The position numbers and the translations under genes are program-made. Positions 48,651-61,634 of a stretch of 64,000 nt of DNA are shown in pieces; position 1 is the stretch's first letter, and every line of letters starts with the position of its first letter. The stretch is from Octopus sinensis (taxonomy: Eukaryota): NCBI RefSeq assembly GCF_006345805.1, contig NC_043002.1:107880001-107944000 (forward strand), given 5' to 3'. Below the pieces are notes generated by a model. The model worked only from the letters and a program-made list of their open reading frames with translations, was not told the origin of the DNA and searched no databases.

Positions 48651-51160
48651 CAACAGATTAACTAAAAACTCCAGGGTTAGTAAAACAGTTAATTCTGCTG
48701 TGAACCTATTTGAATTTACTGACTGCAATTCCTTCTACTATTTGAAGTTACTTATTTTCAAGGTGGGTAAATTATTTTACAAAAAAAGTTTTCAATCAAT
48801 TCTTCTGTTTGTAAAGTAAATATATTATTTTCCACTTAAATATTTTTTGATATACAACAATTGTGAAATTTAAAAAAAAAAAAGTGCGGGGTGGCATGTA
48901 AATATTGACCTCAACAGAATTTGAAGCCAGGACGTACAGACAGATGAGATACCACTAAGTATTTGCTTGGTATGCTGACAATTCTGGCAGCTCACCCCTG
49001 TTCTGGAACTGCAGAAAGGGTTTTAACATTGACATCAGATATTAATCAGTTTAATATCAGGTTTCTTATTTCAGGATGTGTACGGAGCATCACACAACTG
49101 GAGTGAGCCCAGGAACATTTGTCATTGGTTCAAATCCAGTCTGGTGCTTGTTTACACACACACCCAGAGATAAGAGAGTTGATGGTGGTTGCAGATCAAA
49201 CCACACAAGATGCAGTGGAGATGGAGTTTCAAAAACATTTCATCACTGAAGGAATGTAATAAATATCAATTTAACTTACCTTCACGGGTTCTGTCTGTCG
49301 GGAATCAGCAGTTAGATGCTGCAACAGAGAACAGAGAGAGAAAGATGAAGAGAGAGAAAGAGAGAGAGACGGAAAGATACAGAAAGACAAACAGAAATAG
49401 AGAGAGAGAGAGTGAGAGAGAGAGAGTAAAAGAAAAAGAGACAGCTAAATTAACAAAGACAATTTTCCACCAATACCAAAATGTGCAAAGAGATGTCAAG
49501 AGGCATCCTTAATTCATCACACAGCGTTTATAATGCAAGATTCAGCAACTGGCACATACCAGCAAAACTCATTTCATACACATGTACACACATGTACACA
49601 TGCTTGTATATGTGCGTACACACACATACACATGCTTGTATATGTGCATACACACATGTACACACACAACTACCACTAAAAGAAGCAGCTCAACCTCAAG
49701 AGCAGATAACTGGAGTGAAGCAAATGAAAGGACTAGAAGATGTGCAACATCTAACTCTATAAATGAAATGGATGAAGATGACTCCAGACCTTCCCAATAT
49801 ACTTTCCTATTGTGTTGTTTATATCAGGAACAACAATAACAAAGGGCCAGTTAGGGGTTCAAATACTTGACTCAAGTAGAACAAATGCAACATCATCATC
49901 ATCGTTGTTTAACATCCGCTTTCCATGCTGGCATGGGTTGGACAGTTTGACTGAGGACTGGCAAGGTTTCTACAGCTGGATGCCCTTCCTAATGCCAACC
50001 ACTCTGAGACTGTAATGGGTGCTTTTATATTTGGTCCCTCAGTTTATTGCTTTTTAGACCTACGTGAAGGCAAATTGCTCAGTGGTTAGAGTATTTGACT
50101 CATGGTCAAAAGGTCGAGGGTTCGATTCCTGGCAGTGCCTTGTGTCCTTGAGCAAGACACTTTACTTCACAGTACTCTACTCCACTCAGCTGGCAAGAAC
50201 AAGTCCACTGGAACCTTCATCATCATAACCGGCTGAGTGTCAGTTTTCTCACCTTTGTCTTTTTCTCTTCCCAACCACATGGTTTCAGGTTCAGCCCAAC
50301 TGTGTGGCACTTTTGACAAGTACCTCTACTCTAGCCCCAAACCAACCAAAGCCTTGTGAAACTGGAAGAGGCATGTGGGCACAAACTGTAGAGTAGCTTA
50401 AAAAATAAATAACAGTATTTAATACTCTCTCTCCCTTCCTCTTCGTCTGTCCATCTATCTCCTTAATATATATATATATATATATAGCTGGGGTCGGTGC
50501 CTCTGACTGGTTCCTGTGCTGGTGGCACATAAAAAGCACCCACTACACTCTTAGAGTGGTTGGCATTAGGAAGGGCATCTAGCTGTAGAAACCTTCCCAG
50601 ATCAGATTGGAGCCTGGTGCATCTTCCTGGCTTTCCAGACCTCAGTCAAACCGTCCAACCCATGCCAGCATGATAAGCAGATGTTAAACGATGATGATGA
50701 GGAAATACACACACTAAATATGTATATCCTTACACATATTCACTACATATTTAATAACTTCCCTATTTATATTCTGCTGTTAATTTCAATTCTCTAATCC
50801 CTTCCCTAATAAATTCTTTGTCTTAAGTATGTTAAAAACATTATTACAATAGATAATTCAATAATAATATTAAAAAATGCAATCTATGGTAACACAATGC
50901 TGTTAACAGAAATATAATGATAGCAAAAATAATAGAAATGATTTTTAACATAAGCCACAAAATGTAGAATGATAAATAATAATAAATGTATAACTATTAT
51001 TAGAACCCTTTTTAAATTCTAAGTTTAAATCTCACCAGTATTGACCGGAGGTCAATAAAGGAAGTTCCCACTGAGTAGTAAGGTGGGGATCGAAATAGCT
51101 AACTTCATCTTCCATATTTTGTGGTTGTGATTAAGTTAGAAATCATTTCTATTGTTACTG

Positions 51161-51692
51161 GCATGTAAAAAGCACCATCCGAAAGTGGCCGATGCCAGCA
51201 CCGAACGATCGTGGCTGTTGCCAGCCTCTCCTGGCACCTGTGCCAGTAGCATGTAAAAAGCACCATCCGAAAGTGGCCGATGCCAGCACCGAACGATCGT
51301 GGCTGTTGCCAGCCTCTCCTGGCACCTGTGCCAGTAGCATGTAAAAAGCACCATCCGAAAGTGGCCGATGCCAGCACCGAACGATCGTGGCTGTTGCCAG
51401 CCTCTCCTGGCACCTGTGCCAGTAGCATGTAAAAAGCACCATCCGAAAGTGGCCGATGCCAGCACCGACCGATCATGGCTGTTGCCAGCCTCTCCTGGCA
51501 CCTGTGCCAGTGACATATAAAAATCACCCACTACACTCACAGAGTGGTTGGCATTAGGAAGGGCATCCAACTGTAGAAACTCTGCCAGATCAGATTGGAA
51601 CCTGGTGCAGCCTCCTGGCTTCCCAGACCCCGATCGAACCATCCAACCCATGCTAGCATGGAAAATGGACGTTAAACGATGATGATGATGAT
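51161..51692 (+). mobile_element. RTE 3' UTR fragment with 4 x 88-bp tandem units (51161-51512)
   Basis: Same GGCAC..AAAAGCACCATCCGA core and the same aggaagggcatcc...(GAT)n end as the RTE copy. Confidence 0.8.
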
Positions 51693-52182
51693 GTTGTGTT
51701 ACCATAGATTTTAAAATCTACTTTTGCAACATTCCTGGCAAAAGACAAGTACTTATTGACCTTCTCCCTACCTTTAAGTTAAAGAGAGAAACAAAAATAA
51801 TGAGGGGAGCTTTTATAGAATTACTCAAGCTGTCAGCAAAACTAGTCATATTGCCCCTCAAATCAAACCCTGCCATCTCTAAAAAAAGAAGGCTAGATAC
51901 ATTGAATAACATGGTTCTTGATAAAGAAAAAAAAAATGTTTGGCATGGTTGGAAGGTCTGCTCCATCAGGGTGATTTGGAAATAAACCCTGCTCCATCAG
52001 GGTGATTTGGAAATAAACAGGCGCAGGAGTGGCTGTGTGGTAAGTAGCTTGCTAACCAACCACATGGTTTCGGGTTCAGTCCCACTGCGTGGCATCTTGG
52101 GCAAGTGCCTTCTGCTATAGCCTCGGGCCGACCAATGCCTTGTGAGTGGATTTGGTAGACGGAAACTGAAAAGAGCCTGTCG

Positions 52183-52213
<31 letters not shown>

Positions 52214-55093
52214 TTGTATGTCCGTGTTTGTCCACCTAGCATTGCTTGACAACCGATGCTGGTGTGTTTACGTCCCCGTCACTTAGCGGTTCGGCAAAAG
52301 AGACCGATAGAATAAGTACTGGGCTTACAACGAATAAGTCCCAGGGTCGATTTGCTTGACTAAAGGCGGTGCTCCAGCATGGCCGCAGTCAAATGACTGA
52401 AACAAGTAAAAGAGTAAAACAGCATCAACAATTAAGTCTCAGTAAGTATGAGCATATTTTTACAGTGTGTGTGTTTGAGAAGAGACAAATCTTTAGGCTC
52501 CAGGCAGACAGATCTCAGAACAAGGCTGGTTACATTAGTGGGAGATTAGGGATGTACTGGATGGATTTAAAGGTTTAGCTAATCTATCTAGCTAATCTAA
52601 CATACTATGAAACGTTGGATTAGGAGAAAGACTGGAGAGCTGAGTGAATGAGGATAAAAGAATCTTGATTAACTGAAAGGTTACAACACTACGATCAAAG
52701 TACTTCACTCTCAATGAAAGAGTCCATGTGGCTGTAAATAGGTACCACCAGTTGATTAGCTCTAGCAGAGTTCTGACTGAACCTATCACAAAAGACATCC
52801 CGGCCATAACCATCTTGTTGAATCTGTCATCCCCGCTATTTTTATCTCTTCTCGGTTGCACCTTGATCATCCCCACCCTCTCTCCTAATATGAGTAGTCA
52901 TGTGACCCATGTGCAGTAAGAAACCTGCTCTGTTGTGGCCCCTTCCCTTATACTTTAACCCCTCATTTCTAAGGGTAAAGTTGCATATCTTGGGGTTTGT
53001 AGCCTTGCAGGCTGCATGGCAACTTCACTAGTGCTGGTGCCATGAGAAAAGAAAAAAAAAAAAAAAGCACCCAGTACACATGGTACAATACAAAGGACAT
53101 CCAGCCATAGAAACCATGCTAAAGGCGGTGAGATGGCAGAAACGTTAGCATGCCAGGTGAAATGCTTAGCGGTATTTTGTCTGCCACTACGTTCTGAGTT
53201 CAAATTCTGCCAAGGCTGATTTTGCCTTTCATCCTTTCGGGGTCGATTAAATAAGTACCAGTTATGCACTGGGGTCGATATAATCGACAATCAGTATGTC
53301 TGTCCTTGTTTGACCCCTCTGTGTGTAGCCCCTTGTGGCAGTCAAGAAATAAGAAACCATGCTAAAGTAGAGGATGGAGCATGATGTAGTTCTTGGACCT
53401 GTCAGATCCTGTCAAACTATCCAACCATGCCAGTATGGAAGATGATGGTGATGTCTACAAGACTATATCACCAGGTTACTTTCTCTCTTGAAGACAATTG
53501 CGTGAGATTTGAGAAGAGATATGTGCTGCTACATCTAACAACACAAGTGATCACGTAGTGGCTCCCCTTGTCAGCCTGGAATACTCTGAGCTTGTAATTT
53601 GCAGCAAGGAAGTAGGAGATCCAAGATGTACAATAATCTGTTGAAGTCAATCCCACACCCCCACCGCCTGGAAAAGCTAACAGTGTTACGTTCAAAGGAG
53701 AGAACGATGAGTCTCTTGTCCACTTCCTGGTCATCATCATCATCGTTTAATGTCTGTTTTCGATGCTGGTATGGGTTGGATGGTTCAACTGGGGTCTGGG
53801 AAGCCAGGACGCTGCACGAGGCTCCAGTCTGATCTGGCAGTGTTTCTACAGCTGGATGCCATTCCTAATGCCAAGCACTTCGAGAGTGCAGTGGGTGTTT
53901 TTTACATGCCACCAGCACAAGGGCCAGAGGAAGCTGGCAACAACCACAATTGGTTGGTGCTTTTTATGTGTCACCGGCACGGAAGCCAGTCAAGGTGGCG
54001 CTGGCATCGGTCACGTTTGGATAGTGCTTTTTACATGCCACTGGAACAGGGATCACAATTACAATTTCCATTTGATTTTGATGTACTTGACTAAATAGGT
54101 CTCCTCAAGCACAGCACAGCATGTCACCCTACAATCCAAGGTACTTTTGAGTGGGCTGGGGCTGGTTATGCGACACTGGTGTAGGCTGCAGCTATGAACT
54201 CACTTTATTTGCCGGGTCTTAACAGTCACAGCATATCTCCAGAGGATCTTGGTCTTTTGTTATTGCCTCTGTGAGGCCCAACGTCCGAAGGCCAAATATT
54301 TTAAATATTGAATAGGAGTTAATGTTTTAGTAGATATAGTAAAAAAAGAAGTGGATTATTTTCTGATGTGATTCTGTATCGAAATGATTCATGGCACACA
54401 CAAGATTTATGGTTGAATAAATGGAATAATGAGAGAGAGAGAGAGAGAGAGAGAGAACACACAAACAAGGAGAGACAGAAAGCCAAGACAAATATATAAT
54501 AGAGAAAGAGAGAGAATGTGTGCAAGAAAGAACACATATGTGAATATCTCTGACAGAGAAAACCATTCGCAGGAGAAGAAAACAAGAAAATGTCACCCAA
54601 GATTTGAATAGTAGCTTTTACAATATTATTAGCCCTTATATCATTGAACATTGTGTCTTTGTATTCACTTGTTGTCACATTCCTGGTATTAATTAATCCT
54701 GTTTAATCCCTGGTAGTATTTCTTTATTTGCTTCTGAAATTTGTAGGACATATAAACATAAGTTTTCTGCGAGGATATGAAGAAGAAAAAGAAGATGAGA
54801 GTGGTCTCAAGGAATTGATGAAGGAACTGATGAAGGAAGGAACTGTAACCAGAAACGAGCTGCCACCATATATTTGGCTAAGACCCAATGTCCAAAACAA
54901 AACAGAAAAACAATAAAAATATAAAATAACCAAGAGTTTGTGAAATTCAGTTTGAAAGTTCTGCTGGAGAATCCTTAATTGTTAAACTGATTTAAAACAA
55001 ACAAATTAGGGGAAAAAAATATCAATTTATGTAAATCATGACACAATTAGAAGTTTGAAAATGAAATAATATTTCAAGATTGTAATTAAGCAA

Positions 55094-55974
55094 TTTTCTG
55101 AACATATTTCTATAAATGTAATTTTCTGAACATATTTCTATAAATGTAATTTTATAAATGTAATTTTCTGAACATATTTCTATAAATGTAATTTTCTGAA
55201 CATATTTCTATAAATGTAATTTTATAAATGTAATTTTCTGAACATATTTCAATAAATGTAATTTTCTGAACATATTTCTATAAATGTAATTTTCTGAACA
55301 TATTTCTATAAATGTAATTTTCTGAACATATTTCTATAAATGTAATTTTATAAATGTAATTTTCTGAACATATTTCTATAAATGTAATTTTCTGAACATA
55401 TTTCTATAAATGTAATTTTATAAATGTAATTTTCTGAACATATTTCTATAAATGTAATTTTCTGAACATATTTCTATAAATGTAATTTTATAATGTAATT
55501 TTCTGAACATATTTCTATAAATGTAATTTTCTGAACATATTTCTATAAATGTAATTTTCTGAACATATTTCTATAAATGTAATTTTCTGAACATATTTCT
55601 ATAAATGTAATTTTATAAATGTAATTTTCTGAACATATTTCTATAAATGTAATTTTCTGAACATATTTCTATAAATGTAATTTTCTGAACATATTTCTAT
55701 AAATGTAATTTTATAAATGTAATTTTCTGAACATATTTCTATAAATGTAATTTTCTGAACATATTTCTATAAAAGTAATTTTCTGAACATATTTCTATAA
55801 ATGTAATTTTATAAATGTAATTTTCTGAACATATTTCTATAAATGTAATTTTCTGAACATATTTCTATAAATATAATTTTCTGAACATATTTCTATAAAT
55901 GTAATTTTCTGAACATATTTCTTTAAATGTAATTCTATAAATGTAATTTTCTGAACATATTTCTATAAATGTAA
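55094..55974. repeat. AT-rich minisatellite: 27 x 28-bp units interleaved with 9 x 14-bp half units
   Basis: Unit ttttctgaacatatttctataaatgtaa; half unit ttttataaatgtaa; counted directly (881 bp). Confidence 0.92.
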
Positions 55975-56352
55975 AGAATAAAATATTTTGAATGACACAA
56001 CAATGCACTATAATACAAACAGTGGACTACAATCAGACTATGGAGGATTAAATTACAACTGTTCTTATAGACCATTGTTTGTATTACTGTGCATTGTTGT
56101 GTCATTCAAAATATTTTATTCTTTACAAACAATACGCAATGCTTCAAGTGAACTAGAATACTCTCCTAACTATAAATGCAATTTTCTGAACATATTCTAT
56201 AAATGTAATTTATTGAATTACTCTGAGTCCCTCCCGAGGAACATGGATGTTAAATGATGAGGAATTCCCAACATTTTATTGAATCTGAAATAATCATTTA
56301 TTTCATCCACTTTAACACAATACTATTGATTATCGTATCATATAAATGTAAC

Positions 56353-56590
56353 GGTGCATGGCTTAGTGACTAGGGTGTTGGACTCCTGATTGTAAGATTG
56401 TGGTTTCGATTCCTGGACTGGGCAGTGCATAGTGTTCTTGAGCAAAACACTTTATTTCATGTTGTTCCAGTCCACTCAGCTGGTAAAAAGGAGTAATCCT
56501 GCAATAGACTGGCATCCCATTCAGGAAGGAATATATACACAAGAGAAACTGGGGAATCAGCCCTTTGCTTCTTACAAAGTAATGTGGACT
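56353..56590 (+). mobile_element. Old tRNA-derived SINE with a conserved central domain
   Basis: tRNA-like head ggcttagtgactagggtgttggactc...ggtttcgattcctgg, then ttgagcaaaacacttt...ccagtccactcagctg. Confidence 0.55.
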
Positions 56591-57472
56591 AACCATAATT
56601 ATATAAATGTTAAGTAATATTTCTAATATGTCTAAATTGGTCCCACTAAGTGTCTAACAGTCAACAAGTTATTGTTGTTATTGAATAGATCTGATCATTT
56701 AAGTCTGAACAGACCTTTTGATCAAAAGGTTGACTAACAATCATATCTACTTCACTTGATAAATTATGATAATATAACAATCTACATCACTTAATAAATT
56801 ATGATAATCTAACAGTGAATTTCCTACGATTCCTTCTACAATGTTAATTGCAGATGAATCTTGGTAAAATAAGAATGAAACACAGATTTAGATTTCCATT
56901 AGAAATACAACACAATCTGGTTGTGTTGATCACACATTTTCATATCAATTATATATTTTTGATGTGACAATGAAGTTGAAATAAAGTATTTAGTGAATGA
57001 TAAATGCTTTGTTTAATGTACAGTTTAGGATAAAACAAAACTATGGAAGGACAATGTCACTAACATGAAAACCAAGATAGATCCAATGAATAAGATTTTA
57101 TAATAATAATGATAATAATAATAATCAAAACCCTACAAGAAACTTTTGAGGTGTCCCAGAAAGGAGTCACTGTAATAAGGTGTAACTTTGGGGAAAAAAA
57201 AGAAGGTAACGCATTTCAGATGAATGAAAATATTGCTTTTAAATATTGCTTTTAAAGAAAATATTGCTTTAAAATAATGCTTTAAGAATTGAAATAAAAT
57301 AAACCATTCACCTAATTAGAAAACTGAGGATTTAGAAAATGTTAGTACACAATCACCATGAAATAAATTATTCATATTGCTGTGAGGTGCTTATCTAATG
57401 AAACCTGACCCAAAATCCTTCAAAGAATTGTATATAATTGCGTGTATTTATGGGCGAACTATGGTTACATAC

Positions 57473-57511
57473 CTGGTACAATGCTTCCTCATCTGAATCC
57501 GTTGGAGCACG
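57473..57511 (-). CDS. 39-nt exon of the same gene (RAPTDSDEEALYQ)
   Basis: Long pyrimidine tract then taag|CGT; donor CAG|gtatgt; phase 0 to 0, bridging the flanking exons in frame. The AAG acceptor is atypical. Confidence 0.5.
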
Positions 57512-60075
57512 CTTAAAGAGGTTGAAAAATAAGAGAAGAATGAAGGAGGGTACCAAGAGACATCAAAAAGATGTTACAAGTGAGATTAATAGATGATGGT
57601 AATGGATAATTGTCATCATGCAGCTGAAAGGACTCAAGGCATGCAGATGGACCGACTCCATAAAATGAACCAATTCCATGCAGATGGACTAACACCATTA
57701 AAAGCTTGCACCAGCCTTTCCACAAAAGACACCAATAATCAACAGAAAATGCCATAATAGAGATTTAATTACCAACGACAGTCTTGACTAATTAAAAAGT
57801 AATATTTGTTAAATTAATTCTATTTTTATTTGAAACGGTAAAAAAAAAATGTTGTGGACAATGAATCAGAATTATTGGTTGAGGTAAACAATAGGATTAC
57901 AAGACCATATTCTTCACTTATTAGATATTAACCTAAATATTAATTAATATAGATAAATGAAATAAGACAAAAGAACTTTTTGTATTTAAATGTGGCTCTT
58001 TAGGGCCTGAGTTCAAATTGAGCAAAAGTCAATATTGCTTTTTGTCCTTTTGTGGTTTGCGAAAATAAGCACCAGTCAAACATTGGAGTCAATAAATTCT
58101 ACAGTTGTTCCCCAACTCTGATCGATGATTCACTGCTGGGTACCTCTGATCACTGAAAATCACCCTACAGGTTACCCAGACTTGTACATAGATAAATACA
58201 TATAAATAAATGAAAAACAGCATTTTGCATTTGAAATTATGGTACTGGGGCCACATAAATATTATCCGTGCCAGTGCTGGGTCACATAAGGTGCACCTGT
58301 GCTGGTGCCATGTATAAAGCACCCAGCACATTCTGTAAAGAGGTTGATATTAGGAAAGGCATCCAACCATAAAACCCAAGTCAAATATGACTAGAACCTG
58401 GTCCACGTTTCCAGCTTTGGTCAAACCATCCAACCCATGCCAGCATGGAAAATGGACGTTAAAAGATGCTGATGCTGATGAGGGCATCATCAGTCTCTAA
58501 AATTGGAATGATTTAATTTAGAGTGAAGAAGTATGGTTGCGTGTTTCAGAAGCTCACTTCATCAGGACAGGTTCCAGGTTCAGTCCCACTGCATGACAAC
58601 ACCTTGGGCAAGTACTTTCTACTATAGCCTCAGGCTGACCAAAAACTTGTCAGTTGGTATAGACACAGGGACTGATCTGTCACCCAGTTTAATACCCTTT
58701 GGCCTGGTTCATTGGGTACATTTAGCAGGGTTCACTGTCATCTTCAGTTAGAGAACAATTTCTCCCTTTCTTCTACCAATCTTATCAACCTTAAAAAGAT
58801 GCGTGGACCCTGCTTTTCTTCTGGTGACTACATCATAAATGAAACAACTTTTTATGAGAATTTGTTGCTTCAGATTTAGGCAATACAAACCCTCAAAATC
58901 TTAAATTTTTAGGGGAATTAGAAAACATTTTCTAGCTGTTTTTGTCCCTTTTTTTTACAAATATTAACCATTAAATATGCTTTAAACTGAAACAACTTCA
59001 GTATACATTATCTTTTAATATTTCATACCAATATGGCAACGGAACAAGCAGAATCCATAGCAGCATTTCATCAGTCATTATGTCCAAATTCTGGCGAGGC
59101 TGACTTTGCCTTTCATCTTTTCAGGGTTGATAAAATAAGGACCAGTTGAGCACTGGCATCAGTATAATCGACTTACCCTGCCCACCACCACCAAATTGTT
59201 GGCCTTGTGCCAAAATTTGAAACCAATATTTCATACCAACAAAGACTGTGATAGTTGAACATTAGCTACCATTTCGGTTCCACATCAATCCTGAATGAGT
59301 AAACCTAAGATCAATAGCATTCCACCCATGTCCAACCAGTCTTTTTTCAACACAACATATTTACAACTACAATATTCAGTGTGTCTTATTTAAAGAAAAT
59401 ACGGTAAGATTTTAAGGACATTTACTTGCTATTTCTAGCAGGCTGAAAAACCATATAAAGGATCACTCATTGGATCATTATAGCCTTTTGTTTTGTCCTC
59501 ATTTGAGATCAAATCCTACTAGGGTTGATTTTGTCTTTCATTCCCCCAGGGTTGATAAAAGGAATCTCACTAACACAAAATATATTTCAAAGAAACACAT
59601 CAGTCTTTAAAAGACAATCCAATATTTTATACACAAACAGGTAGGAGAGGTCATTGTGACATGCTGAACGAGATACAAGATTTAATTCCATCCATGACAC
59701 ACACTCTTGATTTTACAATGCTTTTCATTCCTCTGGAATTGTTTAAAAGAAAAATAACAACACAAATACGAGGACCAAATTTATCACAAAACCATTAAAA
59801 ACACTGACATTCTGGTGCCAAAGACTGAAATCAGTTTTCCATGCAAGGATCACAATGTGGTGGATAAGTTATTGGGAAGACAAATCTCTGATGATCTCAG
59901 ATTTTGATTTTGAAAATAAACCATTCCACTGAAATTTTAAGGCTATGAATCTGGTCAGTCAACAGTGAAATTATCTGGTATAACTAATGAGGGGAGCAAT
60001 TAAAATCTAACTAGAAATCATTGTCAATAACTAAAATTGTTTTCATTTTCTTTTTCTAGCAAGTACAGAAGATAA

Positions 60076-60116
60076 CTCTGGACATGTTTCTGTCATATTA
60101 AAATCTCATCAGAGAG
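60076..60116 (-). ncRNA. Decayed minimal hammerhead-like motif
   Basis: CUCU CUGAUGA ... GAAAC AU GUC (C)AGAG; core and palindromic ACAUGU stem III intact, stem II disrupted, one extra base in stem I. Confidence 0.35.
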
Positions 60117-61591
60117 GCACTTATTTATATTACATCCCGTGGACAGCATTGTTTATTATGGGTTTTCAATGGACCAGTCTGTGATTCATTGAAGTTTTGA
60201 AGACAAGAGAGGGAAGGGAATGTTTGTAGAACTGACAGAATATTCAAGACAAACTGTTTAAACACACCAGTTTATCAGCTTTTTCACTGGTACTTACATC
60301 TACCAATATTTATCATTGAATGAGAAATATACATTATATTTATGCACATGTGTGTGTGTGTGCATATGTGTAAATACACGCACACATACCTCAAAAGGTT
60401 CTACACAAGTGCCATTTACAAAATTTCACTCACAAGGCATCAGTTAAACCCAAGAAGAATACATTAGGCCAAGGATTTGCAGTGAGATTGAACTTTGGAC
60501 CACGTAACTACAAAGTGAACTTCTTAATTACAGAATCAGGTTTTGGCCAGACTTTATCATAGTTGCCTTTCAACCTCAACAACCAGCCTTTGGAGGCCCT
60601 CAAAAATTTCACTGACACCCCTCCTCCTCCTCCTCTGATTCAGCCACTAAAAAAAAAAAGACCATAATAAATATGATTTAGAATTGTTTTTGATTTATGT
60701 ATAAGGCCAGCAATTTTAAGGGGCAATGGGTTAGTCAGTATTGTTGATCGCAATACTTGACTAATGTTTTAGTTTATTGACCCCAGAGTGATGAAAGGCA
60801 AAGTTAACCTCAGCAGAATTTGAACTCAGAATGTAAACAGTGAGAGGAAATGCAATTTTTCCCCTTTTCCCACTGCTCTAATAATTCTACCAGCTCACAA
60901 ATGCTTTAAAATTACAACATTATATGCTACCACAACACAGACAGCTGATTCAGAGACCACAAGTACCCAAGCCCAATGCTGGAACTTATCTTTCAATCTA
61001 CTGCGCAGCATTGATCCATTTTTACTGACTATGAAAGGATGAACGGCCTAAGTGACCTGGGCAGAATTTGAACTCAGAGCAGAGAGAACTGAAACGAATG
61101 CTGTGAGACTTTTTCTCCAGTACCCCAATGTCTCTGCTAATTCGTCTTATATACCCCACTGCCACCAGATGTAAGTATGTATGCCTAAAATTTCCATCAT
61201 CATTTTAAGTCTGCTTTTCTAGCCAGTCATGGTTGGATAGGTGCTTACAGCTCAGGTCATTTTTATTTTCTGCTACTGCCCCCCTGGGGCCAGATGATTC
61301 CTATGACTTGCTGCTACACATTCTTGCCAAATGCTTACGGGTCACTTCTTATGGTGACACAAAAACTAAAAAAGAACTTTTTCTGTCCAAGTTGTTCATC
61401 TGTTCCTAGATACAGAATGGGTTTGTTGGGATGGTCATAACTGGAAAACCTTTGATAGCAGATTCCACTGCATTAGCTCGGACTTATGGGTAAATGGCAG
61501 TCCCTAGTGTCTCTACCCCGACCCTGTAAGCCAGTCTGGTATAGGATTGCTCTAAAACCAAGAAAGAAGGAAAAAGGGTTTAAGAAGAGTT

Positions 61592-61634
<43 letters not shown>

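Noticed and set aside
54724-54933. Overlapping ORFs on both strands with protein-like composition
   Set aside because: No convincing donor on either strand, no family recognised, and it is not needed to keep the upstream gene in frame.
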